Origin: Clostridiales bacterium Firm_16
GTDB taxonomy: Bacteria; Bacillota; Clostridia; Saccharofermentanales; Saccharofermentanaceae
Length of the DNA stretch: 64,000 nt
Direction: 5' to 3'
Assembly: GCA_001604185.1 (NCBI GenBank)
Contig: LVAV01000098.1
Coordinates: 46,999-110,998 of the forward strand
Numbering within the stretch: position 1 is the first letter of the stretch; each line of letters opens with the position of its first letter. The notes under the pieces were generated by a model. It was given only the letters and a program-made list of their open reading frames with translations, had not been told where the DNA came from and did not search any database. Shown one piece after another: positions 1 to 10,158 of this stretch. The translations under genes were made by a program, and so were the position numbers.

Positions 1-310
1 TTTCGAGTACTTCGTCGATCTTCGAGAAGTCCGACTTAACCAGTACCCATCTTTCTTTTCCTTCCAGTTCCTCACGTTTTCTCTCGCAAGTCGCCAGCGC
101 TTCATCATCTTTGTCCAGAGAGATCAGTTTGCCTTTCTCTCCCAGTCTTTTCACGATACCGGAGGAATGTCCCCCGCCACCCGCGGTGCAGTCTACATAC
201 ACGCCGTCTTTCTTGATCGCAAGTCCTTCCATACATTCATCGAAAAGAACCGGCAGATGATGAAAATCACAATGCTGTGAGGTCGAGTCCTTCCAAGTCA
301 ATTTCTTCAC
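1..310 (-). CDS. rsmH: 16S rRNA (cytosine-N4)-methyltransferase RsmH, N-terminal part only (gene runs off the left edge)
   Basis: Minus-strand translation reads ...FHHLPVLFDECMEGLAIKKDGVYVDCTAGGGGHSSGIVKRLGEKGKLISLDKD..., which carries the HxPVL and DxTxGxGGHS SAM-binding motifs of RsmH/MraW. It lies directly downstream of mraZ, as in dcw clusters. I placed the start at a GTG (308-310) overlapping the mraZ stop; that start is uncertain. Confidence 0.8.
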   Translation of the reverse strand, partial: MKKLTWKDSTSQHCDFHHLPVLFDECMEGLAIKKDGVYVDCTAGGGGHSSGIVKRLGEKGKLISLDKDDEALATCERKREELEGKERWVLVKSDFSKIDEVLE

Positions 311-704
311 CATTCTCCTTATCGAGGATCTTCTCCTCGTCATAGAAGTCCTTCGTACAGATTTCCATCATGTCACCGATCTGGTAGATCGCGATCTCCA
401 TGGTGGGAAGAGCACCGATGCGGTCCCAGAGCTCTGCGCTGACCGAGATACGACCCTGACCGTCTGTCTCACACTCTAATGCTTCACCCAGGATCATTCT
501 TCTTGCTTTTCTTACCTTGGCCGAAGTCATCGGCAGAGATTCGAATTCAGCATTCAGTTTCTCAAAACGGGCTTCGCTGTAAACGCTCAGGTAGTTTCTC
601 TGCGGGTTCGGAGCCACGTACACGCGCTTGCCAAGCTTGTCCCTGACTTTCGCCGGAACGAAGATTCTGCCTTTGGCATCGATCTTGTTAAAAAACAGAG
701 CCAT
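267..704 (-). CDS. mraZ: Transcriptional regulator MraZ
   Basis: 145-aa ORF with two MraZ half-domains (IDAKGRIFVPAKVRDKLG and DGQGRISVSAELWDRIG). It is followed by rsmH. Confidence 0.85.
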   Translation of the reverse strand: MALFFNKIDAKGRIFVPAKVRDKLGKRVYVAPNPQRNYLSVYSEARFEKLNAEFESLPMTSAKVRKARRMILGEALECETDGQGRISVSAELWDRIGALPTMEIAIYQIGDMMEICTKDFYDEEKILDKENGEEIDLEGLDLTAL

Positions 705-729
705 GTACCTTTTTCTTCTCCCTAGAATT

Positions 730-778
730 CACCACTTTGCTCCAAGTTGATGTATTGCTACACCACTTCTCACCACTT
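730..778 (-). promoter_or_regulatory. Three direct AAGTGGTG repeats, candidate MraZ boxes
   Basis: The plus strand has caccactt at 730-737, 761-768 and 771-778, giving three exact AAGTGGTG copies on the gene strand. Two copies are spaced exactly 10 nt apart. The array starts 6 nt downstream of the candidate -10 and ends 26 nt upstream of the mraZ ATG. Confidence 0.5.
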
Positions 779-784
779 GAGGTT

Positions 785-813
785 ATTGTAAAGAAATTGC
801 GAGGATATTTCAA
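785..813 (-). promoter_or_regulatory. Candidate sigma-A promoter of mraZ (TTGAAA-17 nt-TACAAT)
   Basis: The minus strand reads cctaTTGAAAtatcctcgcaatttcttTACAATaacctc. Both hexamers are near consensus with a 17-nt spacer. Confidence 0.45.
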
Positions 814-994
814 TAGGATTTCACGTAAAATCGCGTGAAACCCTTGATTTTTCGGGCTTTTTGCGAGCGTTTGTTCGGGTTTTTGATATTCGTTCTATTC
901 AGGATTAAAAAGTGTGCAAATTACTGGAATCTTTACGTTTCCCGTCCCTCCTCTTTCATGTTCGTTTTCGACCAAATCCGAACAATTCAGAACG

Positions 995-1032
995 AAAAAA
1001 GTGACCTTCCGTGAAACATCACAGAAGGTCAC
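995..1032 (-). terminator. Rho-independent terminator closing the rimP...SEDS operon
   Basis: Perfect 9-bp stem gtgaccttc/gaaggtcac (1001-1032), followed on the minus strand by TTTTTT (A-run 995-1000 on plus). It sits about 100 nt downstream of the SEDS gene stop. Confidence 0.6.
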
Positions 1033-1129
1033 TCATTTGAAATATTACATTTTTACTCCACTTCACTTCCAGAACGGAAAGATTTGTGGGAAATCACGCC
1101 ACTTGGGCGCCAAAAAGGCAGATTTTTCC

Positions 1130-2260
1130 TTATAGAGACGAGAACTTTCTATCCATGGATATATTTAATATGAATCCCAGGGATATGAAGTTAACCATCA
1201 TGGCGGTACCTCCATAGCTTACGAAAGGTAGCGGGATACCCGTGATCGGCAGAAGTCCGACGCACATGCCCATGTTCTCGATAAAGTGGAACGCATAAGA
1301 ACCGGCCAGACCTACCACGATATACGAATAGGCGCTTCGGGAGGCTTTAGACGCAACATACAGGCATCGCAGCAGGAAGAAGAACGCCAGTAGCACAATG
1401 GCTGTGGTTCCGATAAATCCCATACGTTCCGATACCGCCGAATAGATAAAGTCGGATTCTTTAACCGGCACTTTAACAAGGATTCCCGTATGGTTGCCCG
1501 TCAGGCCTCCGGAAGCAATCGCCGCCTTGGACTGAACCAGGTTCCACTCTGCCACCGGGTCTGAACCCTCGAATATCAGGGACAGGATCCTCTTCTTCTG
1601 ATAAGGCGCCAGATAGAAGTTCCATACGATCGGGATAACACCTACGATAGCACCGGAGATCGCCAGGAAGAAATAACGGTATTTCATGTTCCAGATAAAG
1701 ATCATGCAGACAAAAGAGAACAGAATAACCATGGCGGTACCGAAGTCCGGCTGCTTGAAGATCAGCAGCAGCGGCGGTCCATAGATCAATCCGAGATAGA
1801 TCCATCCACGCACCATGGAGATCACCTTTTGTCCCATGTCTTCCAGCACATATGCGGTAACAATGACCAGGGCGATCTTCGTCAACTCCGAAGGCTGGAA
1901 GGTTCCAAGGAACGGGAGCTTCATCCAGGAGTCTGCGCCCCAGGTATCCTGCTTGGTGTAACCGTCGATCAGAACCCACACCAGCAATAACAAGGACACA
2001 CCATACATGATCCATCCGATCAGTTTCATAAACTGGGTATCCAGAAGACAGATGACCAGTGCGATCACGATACCGATCACTACGGCCGCCACCTGCTTAT
2101 AGAAAATGCCCGGATAATCGTCAAATCCCTGGGACAACACCAGATTTACCACATAAAGACCGATGGTCGTAATGGACAGCACCGGAATGACCAGCCAATA
2201 GTCGACCATACGAAGGGAGTTATTTCTCAGAAATTCAATTCCGGATTTACTCTGGTTCAT
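1130..2260 (-). CDS. SEDS-family peptidoglycan glycosyltransferase (FtsW/RodA/SpoVE family)
   Basis: 376-aa polytopic membrane protein with the SEDS signatures FQPSELTKIALV, KQPDFGTAMV and LLPITGIPLPFVSYGGTAMM. Confidence 0.85.
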   Translation of the reverse strand: MNQSKSGIEFLRNNSLRMVDYWLVIPVLSITTIGLYVVNLVLSQGFDDYPGIFYKQVAAVVIGIVIALVICLLDTQFMKLIGWIMYGVSLLLLVWVLIDGYTKQDTWGADSWMKLPFLGTFQPSELTKIALVIVTAYVLEDMGQKVISMVRGWIYLGLIYGPPLLLIFKQPDFGTAMVILFSFVCMIFIWNMKYRYFFLAISGAIVGVIPIVWNFYLAPYQKKRILSLIFEGSDPVAEWNLVQSKAAIASGGLTGNHTGILVKVPVKESDFIYSAVSERMGFIGTTAIVLLAFFFLLRCLYVASKASRSAYSYIVVGLAGSYAFHFIENMGMCVGLLPITGIPLPFVSYGGTAMMVNFISLGFILNISMDRKFSSL

Positions 2261-2264
2261 CGGT

Positions 2265-3560
2265 TCACTCGTCCTTTTCAGACTCTTCTACCGACTCCTC
2301 GTCAGAATCATCGGAAGATTCATCTGCATCCTCAGACTTCTCTTCTTCCGACACATCTTCCTCGTCTGCAGATTCGTCCTCAGTTTCCGCATCGGAATCT
2401 TCTTCCTCTGCTTCTTCCTCAGTTTCTTCTGCATCCTCGGATGTATCTTCTTCCGACGCATCCTCTGCGTCGTCACTCTTCTCGTCTTTTTCTTCCGAAT
2501 CTTCAGATTCCTTATCCTCAGACTCCTCGTCATCGTCTTCATCGTCGATGCTGTAAGAAGACTTGGCCAGTCTCTCGACACGGTCCTCTACGTCCTCATC
2601 CTCTTCGAACTCACGCAGACGCTGTTCCTTCTTACGCTTAGCATCTTCACGCATACGCAGATCCGCCTTGACGAACTTCTCCGGAAGCGGTTCCTTCTTC
2701 CAGTCGAAAGCATGACCCAGAGAGATCAGAAGGAATCCGATAACGATCAGGATCAAAGACAGGACCTGGGAGATACGAAGACCGGTAGAACCGATATAGA
2801 GGGAGTCTGTACGCAATCCCTCGATAAAGAAACGTGCAATACCATAAAGAATGAAATACACAGCCGTAGTAGTCCACGGTCTCTTGCTCTTCTTTCTGAC
2901 CTGAAGCAGGATCCAGAAAGTAATAAACGTGCAGACCGATTCATAGAAGAATGTCGGATGTACGGCCATTTCCGAATCCAGATCCGGACAGTTCTTAGAA
3001 AGATAGTGGGCGATCTGGGTACTCTTCATGCCCCAAGGAAGTGTTGTCGTCGTACCGAAAGCTTCCTGGTTAAAGAAGTTGCCCCAACGTCCGATGGCCT
3101 GGCCCAGCGGAATATAAACGATGGCAAAGTCCACAACATTGGCTACCGGGATCTTACGGATCTTACTCATCAGGAAGATGGCAAAGATCGCACCCAGAAC
3201 ACCACCATAGATAGCCAGTCCGCCGCCGCGGAAGTCCAGTATATTTCTCAACGTCGCACCGAAATCTCCGGCCACGTGATACGTATCCCATTCACAGAAA
3301 ACATAATACAGTCTCGCGCCCAGGAAGGCCATCGGCAAAGTCAGCAGACAGTAGTCCACTACCAGATCCGGTGTCATTCTGTATTTGCGAGCCTGGCGCA
3401 GTCCCAGGAAAATGCAAAGCAATACTGCGGATCCGATCAGGATACCGTACCAGTACAACTTCAATCCGCCGATCTCGATCGCTACGCTGTCTATATTGAA
3501 TTTCCAGCCTAAGCCCGGAAATGTTACGACCTCTCTTTGAAAAGCATTTAAAAGATTCAT
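2265..3560 (-). CDS. lgt: Prolipoprotein diacylglyceryl transferase Lgt with a ~140-aa acidic C-terminal tail
   Basis: Lgt signature GRWGNFFNQEAFG and HPTFFYES, with about 7 TM helices in the first ~285 aa. The remaining ~140 aa are almost entirely D/E/S/K. Confidence 0.85.
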   Translation of the reverse strand: MNLLNAFQREVVTFPGLGWKFNIDSVAIEIGGLKLYWYGILIGSAVLLCIFLGLRQARKYRMTPDLVVDYCLLTLPMAFLGARLYYVFCEWDTYHVAGDFGATLRNILDFRGGGLAIYGGVLGAIFAIFLMSKIRKIPVANVVDFAIVYIPLGQAIGRWGNFFNQEAFGTTTTLPWGMKSTQIAHYLSKNCPDLDSEMAVHPTFFYESVCTFITFWILLQVRKKSKRPWTTTAVYFILYGIARFFIEGLRTDSLYIGSTGLRISQVLSLILIVIGFLLISLGHAFDWKKEPLPEKFVKADLRMREDAKRKKEQRLREFEEDEDVEDRVERLAKSSYSIDDEDDDEESEDKESEDSEEKDEKSDDAEDASEEDTSEDAEETEEEAEEEDSDAETEDESADEEDVSEEEKSEDADESSDDSDEESVEESEKDE

Positions 3561-3599
3561 CGTGTAACCTCTTTCCTCTCTATATCACGCAATATAATA

Positions 3600-4586
3600 T
3601 CATAGATAGCCCTCAAACCGAATAGGTTTTTGCCTCTCGGTGTGATAACGCCAAACTATATCCTGGTCTTTCTGCATCTGCTCTTTCAGTTCATCTACGG
3701 ACCCGAACTGTCTTTCCGGGCGGATAAACTTCAGAAGTAATACCGTACCCTTTGTGCCGTAAAGCTGGATATGCTCATTGAAAAGCATCGTCTCCGTCAA
3801 AGGTACATCGTCATTCTTATTCACTGTCGGCCGCATGCCGATATTGGTCAGTCCTTTATACAGTTTTCCGTCATAAAGATAGGCAGATGCATATACGCCG
3901 AACCTCGGCACCATCTTCTGTTTCGGAATACGGATATTCGCTGTCGGGAAACCCAGTTTTCTTCCCAGCTGCTGGCCCTTCTCCACGATGCCGCAGCATC
4001 CCACAGGATGGCATAGCAATGTCTCGGCCATTTCCACGTCGCCGGATGCGATCAGCTCCCGCACCCATGTAGAAGATACCCTTCTTCCCTCGAAAAGCTC
4101 TGGCTCCACGGCGACTACGGTAATACCATTCTTATCGCCCCATTTCCGGAGCATCGTCACATCGCCCTCGCGGCCTTTACCGAAACGGTAATCCCGTCCA
4201 ACGATAACGGCTTTCGCCTTCATCCAGTCCTTCACGCAGATCTCCAGGAAATCCATCGGACTCATGGAACGCACTCTCTCGTTAAAAGGCAGAGCGAAAA
4301 GATCATCCACGCCAAGAGAAGCCACGATACCGCAGCGTTCCGGATAGGTAGTGATCAGATTATTCTGGGATTTGGAAGCCGGTGGATTGTCGAAAGTCTG
4401 CACCGCTGTCCGCAGGTTCATCTCGGAAGCCACATCCTGCATGGTACGGAAGATCTTCTGGTGTCCGAGATGCACACCGTCGAAATAGCCCAGCGCCACT
4501 GCACGGGATGCTGTGATCTCCGTTGCACTGGAAGGCGTAGACACCAGCTTGCCTTGTTCGTTGATCAGACAGTTCCAGACGATCAT
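3600..4586 (-). CDS. ribF: Bifunctional riboflavin kinase / FMN adenylyltransferase
   Basis: ALGYFDGVHLGHQKI (nucleotidyltransferase HxGH) and a C-terminal riboflavin-kinase block GFPTANI...GVY. I chose the start at ATG 4586 (MIVWNC...), which is ATGA-overlapped with the truB stop and preceded by GGAGG. The 30-aa upstream extension in the track was rejected. Confidence 0.85.
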   Translation of the reverse strand: MIVWNCLINEQGKLVSTPSSATEITASRAVALGYFDGVHLGHQKIFRTMQDVASEMNLRTAVQTFDNPPASKSQNNLITTYPERCGIVASLGVDDLFALPFNERVRSMSPMDFLEICVKDWMKAKAVIVGRDYRFGKGREGDVTMLRKWGDKNGITVVAVEPELFEGRRVSSTWVRELIASGDVEMAETLLCHPVGCCGIVEKGQQLGRKLGFPTANIRIPKQKMVPRFGVYASAYLYDGKLYKGLTNIGMRPTVNKNDDVPLTETMLFNEHIQLYGTKGTVLLLKFIRPERQFGSVDELKEQMQKDQDIVWRYHTERQKPIRFEGYL

Positions 4587-5551
4587 CTTTCCTCCAGTAC
4601 CCTTTCTTCGCGGATCTGCAGTTTTCCCTGCTCTTCCTGCACATAGATCACGGCCACGGGACGATCTGCATAGCATGCCAGTACCCGCTGTCCGTTAAGA
4701 ATATCATCTACTTTAATCATTCTATCCTTAAAAGGGGAGAAATCAAGTTTCTTTCCGTTACCGATATCTTTGGCTTCCGATCCGTTAACCTCGATCCTCG
4801 GAAGTCCCGACAATGCCAGATCTTCAGAAAGCAGAAAGGAAAAATCCATTTCCGAAACCTTTTTCTCGATTTCTTCCAGCGTATAGGCTGATCCGATCTC
4901 GAACTGCCCGCTCTTTAATCTTCGCAGATTCTGGCAGTACGCGCCGTACCCCAGTTTATCTCCGATATCTTCACACAACGTACGGATATAGGTGCCCTTC
5001 GAACAGGAAACCGTCATATCCACGTAGAAGGTTTCATTCTCCTCCCGAATCTCCGAAACAACGATATCGAAGATCGTCACCTTCCGCTCCGGGATCGTCA
5101 CTTCCTGCCCTTTTCTGGCATAGTCATAGGCGGGTCTTCCCGCGATCTTGATCGCCGAATACTTAGAAGGGATCTGCGTGATCTCCCCTACCATAGAGGA
5201 AACAGCATTCCGGATCATCGCAAAATCGTTTTCCCGCAAAGCCGCGCGTTCTGCTTCTTCCGGCATCTTCCCGCCGACGACTTCTCCTTCCGGATCTCCG
5301 GTGGAAGTCTTCTTTCCCAGCACCATTGTGGCCCGGTAGGTCTTATCGTAATTCTCCATATAACGAAGCACGCGGGTCGCCCGTCCCACTGCCAGAGTCA
5401 GAAGACCGGTGGCAAAAGGATCCAGTGTCCCCGCGTGTCCTATTTTCTTTACTTGAAGGATCTTTCGCAGACGAGAAACTACCGAGAAGGAAGTGATTCC
5501 CTCCGGCTTATCGATCAGGATAATGCCGTTATGCAGAAATGCTTCACTCAT
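4583..5551 (-). CDS. truB: tRNA pseudouridine(55) synthase TruB
   Basis: [10 protein letters not shown] and the catalytic [14 protein letters not shown] motif. Its position downstream of rbfA/nrnA is conserved. Confidence 0.9.
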   Translation of the reverse strand: MSEAFLHNGIILIDKPEGITSFSVVSRLRKILQVKKIGHAGTLDPFATGLLTLAVGRATRVLRYMENYDKTYRATMVLGKKTSTGDPEGEVVGGKMPEEAERAALRENDFAMIRNAVSSMVGEITQIPSKYSAIKIAGRPAYDYARKGQEVTIPERKVTIFDIVVSEIREENETFYVDMTVSCSKGTYIRTLCEDIGDKLGYGAYCQNLRRLKSGQFEIGSAYTLEEIEKKVSEMDFSFLLSEDLALSGLPRIEVNGSEAKDIGNGKKLDFSPFKDRMIKVDDILNGQRVLACYADRPVAVIYVQEEQGKLQIREERVLEER

Positions 5552-6585
5552 GCTCTCTCCAGAAAGGCCGTCGCTTTGGCCACGATCTCCTCCGCAAAGG
5601 CATCGATGGTAAGGGTCTTGGTGCGGAATCCTGCCGCACGCTTATGTCCGCCGCCGCCCATCGTCACGGCAAATTCCGCGCAGTCGAAGCCCTGCTTGCT
5701 TCTGCAGCTGACACGGATCTCCTCGGTATCGGTTTCACGAAGCACGAATGCTACCAGCACGGTGTCGATATCCCGAAGAATATTGACCACACCCTCGCTG
5801 GCGCCTTCCGGTGCCCCGGTTTCCTGCATCATCTTATTTGTTACTTTGGTAAGGGCGATCTTTCCGTTATCGAAAAGCTCCATTCCGGCCAGCGCCGCGC
5901 CATGCAGTAATACCTTCCCCTTCGACGTCTCATCGAAAAGATGGTACGCATTATCGGCAACATTCGCACCCAGTTCCATCAGGTCAGCTGCGATCCGCAT
6001 CGTGATCGGACGCGTACTCTCGAAGCTGAATTTTCCGGAATCCGACTGGATCCCCACCATCAGGAAATCGGCGATAGTCTGGTCCAGGACCTTTTTACCG
6101 CTCAGATCCTCCATCTCCCGCAGGAACTGATAGACCAGTTCCGCAGCCGAAGCTGACTTCGGATCCACATAGGCGGTCTCGATACTCGGAACCGTCGAAA
6201 CATGGTGATCGATCACCATCTTCTCTTTTCCCTGCTCGAAAAGCTCTTCCACAGCTCCCATTCTATGTCCCTCGGAGCAGTCCACCGCGAAAGCGCATCC
6301 CTGACGGGCCGCCATCGCATCCAGCTCTTCCGGCTTAAAAACGGTATATAAGGAAGCAGGGACCTTCATGAAAGAAAGTCTCTGGGGGATCTCACATTCC
6401 AGCACCACTGTTGCGGAATAACCCATGCGCTGTAATCCCATAGCCAGGGCACAGGCGGATCCGACACAGTCCCCGTCCACATTGGCATGGGGGAAGATCT
6501 GGATCTGCCGGTCCTTGTCCATCTGACTCAGACAGGTAGAAACACTCTGAGCGAAGTCACTCATCTTTGTGTGCACGTTTTTCAT
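5548..6585 (-). CDS. nrnA: DHH/DHHA1 phosphoesterase (NrnA-like nanoRNase / pAp phosphatase)
   Basis: Motifs HANVDGDCVGS, VIDHH and GGGH. The start may instead be the internal Met at 6564. Confidence 0.75.
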   Translation of the reverse strand: MKNVHTKMSDFAQSVSTCLSQMDKDRQIQIFPHANVDGDCVGSACALAMGLQRMGYSATVVLECEIPQRLSFMKVPASLYTVFKPEELDAMAARQGCAFAVDCSEGHRMGAVEELFEQGKEKMVIDHHVSTVPSIETAYVDPKSASAAELVYQFLREMEDLSGKKVLDQTIADFLMVGIQSDSGKFSFESTRPITMRIAADLMELGANVADNAYHLFDETSKGKVLLHGAALAGMELFDNGKIALTKVTNKMMQETGAPEGASEGVVNILRDIDTVLVAFVLRETDTEEIRVSCRSKQGFDCAEFAVTMGGGGHKRAAGFRTKTLTIDAFAEEIVAKATAFLERA

Positions 6586-6931
6586 CCTCCTTGATGGTCC
6601 GGTCGATCAGGTCCATCAACTCCATACCCTTCTCAATGGATTCATCCAGCTTGAAGTGAAGTTCCGGAGCCACACGAAGCTTGATGCGCTGGGCCACTTC
6701 ATGACGGATAAATCCGGAAGCGCGCTCCAGAGCCTTCATGCACGCCTGCTTCTCCTCCTGTGTTCCATATACAGAAAGATATACATTGGCATGTGTCAGG
6801 TCAGAAGACATACGCACTTCCATAACAGACGTCATGACCGGAATACCCGGATCCTTGACCTCCGTCAGCAGGAGCTGGGAGATCACTTTCTGCATCTCAT
6901 CGCCCACACGGGCAGCTCGATTCTGTCTCAT
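6557..6931 (-). CDS. rbfA: Ribosome-binding factor A
   Basis: 124 aa, R..RV......I...L...V.DP pattern (RAARVGDEMQKVISQLLLTEVKDP). It lies directly after infB. Confidence 0.85.
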   Translation of the reverse strand: MRQNRAARVGDEMQKVISQLLLTEVKDPGIPVMTSVMEVRMSSDLTHANVYLSVYGTQEEKQACMKALERASGFIRHEVAQRIKLRVAPELHFKLDESIEKGMELMDLIDRTIKEDEKRAHKDE

Positions 6932-6946
6932 GTATCTATCCTTTAA

Positions 6947-9781
6947 TTATTTTCTCTTAATTTCTCTCATCTCGAATGCTTCGATGATGTCGCCTTCCGC
7001 GATGTCATTGTAGTTCTCGATAGACAGACCGCACTCATAACCGGCAGCCACTTCCTTGGCATCGTCCTTGAAACGCTTCAGGGAAGCCAGCTTGCCCTGG
7101 TGAACTACGATACCGTTACGAACGATACGTACTTCGGAAGAGCGCAGGATCTTACCATCCTGAACATAAGCACCACCGATGGTACCGACAGAAGACACCT
7201 TGAAGGTCTGACGGATCTCCACATGACCGATGACCACTTCTTCGAACTGCGGCTTAAGCATACCACGCATAGCAGCCTGGATATCCTCGATGGCGTTATA
7301 GATAACGCTGTAGAGCTTGATATCTACGCCGACCGACTTGGCCTGCTCGGTAACAACAGCACTCGGACGAACGTTAAATCCGATGATGATCGCGTTCGAA
7401 ACATCTGCCAGAGTAACATCGGATTCGGTAATCGTACCAACACCACCATGGATGATCTTAACGCGTACCTCTTCGTTAGACAGCTTCTCCAGAGACTGGG
7501 TAACGGCCTCGACAGAACCCTGTACGTCTGCCTTGATGATAAGGTTGAGATCCTTGATCTCGCCCTCGGCCAGTACCTGGGAGAGCGTCTCCAGAGTCAT
7601 TCTGGAAGACTTATGCAGCTGTTCTTCTCTCTGCTTGATACGACGCTTTTCAACCAACTGACGAGCCATCTTCTCATCGGTTACCGCATAGAATGTCTCA
7701 CCGGCTTCCGGTACTTCCGGAAGACCGAGGATCTCAACCGGTACGGAAGGACCTGCCTTCTTCTGCGGCGCACCGTTCTCGTCGTACATTGCACGGATGT
7801 GACCGAAGATCGGACCCGTAACAACGGTATCGCCGGCACGGAGTGTACCACGCTGTACCAGAACGGTCGCAACCGGACCTCTGTTCTTATCCAGCTTTGC
7901 CTCGATAACTGTACCCTTGGCCTGACGCTTCGGGTCAGCCTTCAATTCCATAACATCTGCCGTCAGGAGTACCATCTCCAGAAGGTCATCGATACCTTCA
8001 CCGGACTTAGAGGAAACCGGAACCATAGTCGTGGTTCCACCCCACTCTTCCGGAAGGAGTCCCTGAGAGGACAGTTCCTGCTTAACACGATCCGGATTTG
8101 CGCCGACCTTATCGATCTTTGTGATAGCTACGATGATCTCGGTATTGGCAGCACGTGCATGGTTGATCGCCTCGATGGTCTGCGGCATGACACCGTCATC
8201 GGCAGCGACAACCAGGATCGCGATATCTGTAACCTGCGCACCACGGGCACGCATGGTGGTAAATGCTTCGTGACCCGGTGTATCCAGGAAGGTGATCGGA
8301 CGGCCCTTGCAACGTACGGTGTAAGCACCGATGTGCTGGGTAATACCACCGGCCTCACCCTTAACAACGGATGTAGAACGGATCTTATCCAGAAGGGAAG
8401 TTTTACCATGGTCAACGTGACCCATTACGACCACGATCGGCGGACGCGGTTTCATGTTCTCTTCTTTATCTTCGCTCTCGTCGAAGAGGATATCTTCCTC
8501 GGTAACCTCTACGATTGGCTCAGCCGTGATTCCGTACTCAGAAGCAACCAGTGCTGCTGTATCGAAGTCCAGTTCCTGGTTCAAGGTAACGATCATGCCC
8601 ATACCCATCAATGTCTTGATGATCTCGGCACTTCTCTTCTCCAGACCTTCAGCCAGTTCTTTGACCGTGATGAAAGGCGGCAGCTCAACATGTGTCAGCT
8701 GCGGCTTCACGACCGGTGCCGCTGCTACGAAGGACTGACGCTTGATCTTCTTCTTGCCCTTGTTGCCCATGTACATCGAATCGAGTACATTCTCATCCGA
8801 AAGCAGTTCGGATGCATTACCGGTGAACTGATTTGCGCGCTTGTTGCCGGAACGACGGTCATTGACCACGTTCTTCTGGTTGTCCTTCTTGGAATCCTTC
8901 TGCGGTTCCTTACGGCTCTTCTCGTATGCATCACGTGCGGCAAAATTCGCCTTCTCCTTTGTTGCCTCCGGCGGGAGTTCCTGCTTCGGCTTCGAAGGCT
9001 TCTTCACCTGGTTGCGGTTGTTGTTGTAAATATCGTCATCGTCCTTATCCTTCGGAGAATATCCGCCGAAGTTTCCGCCACGATTGTTATTCTTGCCCTG
9101 GAAAGAGTTGCCGCCCGGACGTCCGCCCTGCTGTCTGTCATCTCTTCCTGCATATCCGCCGGTTCTTCCGCCACCCTGGTAGTTGCCACGGTTTCCGCCG
9201 GAAGGACGGACGAAAGTAGAAGTCTCACGTGTATATCCGGAGCTCGGTGCCTTAACAACAGCAGACGAAAGACGTACACCCTCCTTCGGGGCTTCTGTCT
9301 TCGGCGCTTCTGCCTTCGGTGCCGCAGGCTTCACTTCTTCCTTCTTCGGTGCTTCGACAGGTTTTTCTGCCGGCACTTCCACTACCGGTTCAACGACTTC
9401 CTTCTTCGGAGCAGCCGGTGCTTCCGGAGCCTTTGTCGGCTTCGGCTTTTCTACCTTGGCCGGTTCCTTTTCTGCCGCAACCGTCTTCTTGGGGGCTTCC
9501 TTCTTCGGCGCCTCCTTCTTCGGTGCTTCTTCCTTCGGAGTTTCCTTAACTACCGGCTTCTTCTCTTCTTTAGCTGCCTCAGGCTTCGGTGCTTCCGTTA
9601 CAGGCTCCTTGACTTCTTCACCTGCTTCCGGCTGAGGTTTCTTGGCCTTCTTATTGACACGACCAACTCGAAGAGTCTTAGTTCCGGAAATACCGCTTAC
9701 CGTTCTCTTAAGACCTTCCGAAGAATCGATCTTCTCGTTCTTCTCTTCTGCCTGTGGTGCTTTCTTCTCTTTTTCTGCCAT
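6947..9781 (-). CDS. infB: Translation initiation factor IF-2
   Basis: GTPase block [24 protein letters not shown] and TKID, plus the conserved C-terminal domains. I chose the start at ATG 9781 (MAEKEKK), preceded by AGGAGG. The N-terminal ~350 aa are K/E/P/A-rich low complexity. Confidence 0.95.
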   Translation of the reverse strand: MAEKEKKAPQAEEKNEKIDSSEGLKRTVSGISGTKTLRVGRVNKKAKKPQPEAGEEVKEPVTEAPKPEAAKEEKKPVVKETPKEEAPKKEAPKKEAPKKTVAAEKEPAKVEKPKPTKAPEAPAAPKKEVVEPVVEVPAEKPVEAPKKEEVKPAAPKAEAPKTEAPKEGVRLSSAVVKAPSSGYTRETSTFVRPSGGNRGNYQGGGRTGGYAGRDDRQQGGRPGGNSFQGKNNNRGGNFGGYSPKDKDDDDIYNNNRNQVKKPSKPKQELPPEATKEKANFAARDAYEKSRKEPQKDSKKDNQKNVVNDRRSGNKRANQFTGNASELLSDENVLDSMYMGNKGKKKIKRQSFVAAAPVVKPQLTHVELPPFITVKELAEGLEKRSAEIIKTLMGMGMIVTLNQELDFDTAALVASEYGITAEPIVEVTEEDILFDESEDKEENMKPRPPIVVVMGHVDHGKTSLLDKIRSTSVVKGEAGGITQHIGAYTVRCKGRPITFLDTPGHEAFTTMRARGAQVTDIAILVVAADDGVMPQTIEAINHARAANTEIIVAITKIDKVGANPDRVKQELSSQGLLPEEWGGTTTMVPVSSKSGEGIDDLLEMVLLTADVMELKADPKRQAKGTVIEAKLDKNRGPVATVLVQRGTLRAGDTVVTGPIFGHIRAMYDENGAPQKKAGPSVPVEILGLPEVPEAGETFYAVTDEKMARQLVEKRRIKQREEQLHKSSRMTLETLSQVLAEGEIKDLNLIIKADVQGSVEAVTQSLEKLSNEEVRVKIIHGGVGTITESDVTLADVSNAIIIGFNVRPSAVVTEQAKSVGVDIKLYSVIYNAIEDIQAAMRGMLKPQFEEVVIGHVEIRQTFKVSSVGTIGGAYVQDGKILRSSEVRIVRNGIVVHQGKLASLKRFKDDAKEVAAGYECGLSIENYNDIAEGDIIEAFEMREIKRK

Positions 9782-9795
9782 CGTTACCTCCTGTA

Positions 9796-10158
9796 TCACT
9801 CTGCCTTATCCGGCAATACATTACTATATTCATCAATCATCGACTTCAACTTCCCTGCGAAACCCTCGTCCAGGATCGCTATGGCAATCCGCGAATCCCG
9901 TCCGATGGCGCGTCCTAGTTCTTCACTGGTTCCGAACTCCTTGAGAGGAACCTCTTCTTCCCTGGCGATACGCACCAGTTTCTGTTTCTGTTTCTCCGAT
10001 CCGTCAGTCGACAGGATCAGAAGTCCTACTGCACCGGAATGCAATGCCAGTTCAACTGCATCGAAGCCGGATGTGAGGAGAGACGCCCGGTACGCAAGTC
10101 CGACGCTGGAGAGGATCCTCTCCTTCGTGACCGGTTTTGCCGATCCACCTCTTCCCAT
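9796..10158 (-). CDS. ylxQ: L7Ae-family RNA-binding protein (YlxQ-like)
   Basis: 120 aa with [11 protein letters not shown]...[16 protein letters not shown]...VPL...[10 protein letters not shown], matching the L7Ae/YlxQ pattern. It sits in the canonical slot between ylxR and infB. Confidence 0.75.
   Translation of the reverse strand: MGRGGSAKPVTKERILSSVGLAYRASLLTSGFDAVELALHSGAVGLLILSTDGSEKQKQKLVRIAREEEVPLKEFGTSEELGRAIGRDSRIAIAILDEGFAGKLKSMIDEYSNVLPDKAE

Noticed and set aside
819-840. Inverted repeat tttcacg-N8-cgtgaaa just upstream of the mraZ -35
   Set aside because: The arms are only 7 bp, nothing corroborates it, and it could arise by chance in AT-rich promoter DNA.
914-1135. 73-aa plus-strand ORF in the gap between the SEDS gene and mraZ
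   Set aside because: It spans the minus-strand terminator hairpin (1001-1032) and promoter-type DNA. It has no RBS, a non-ATG start and a composition unlike coding sequence.
1473-2015. 180-aa alternative-frame minus-strand ORF inside the SEDS gene
   Set aside because: It is an out-of-frame overlap with a gene that has clear SEDS motifs, and its translation is Arg/Gly/Pro-rich, which is frame-shifted noise.
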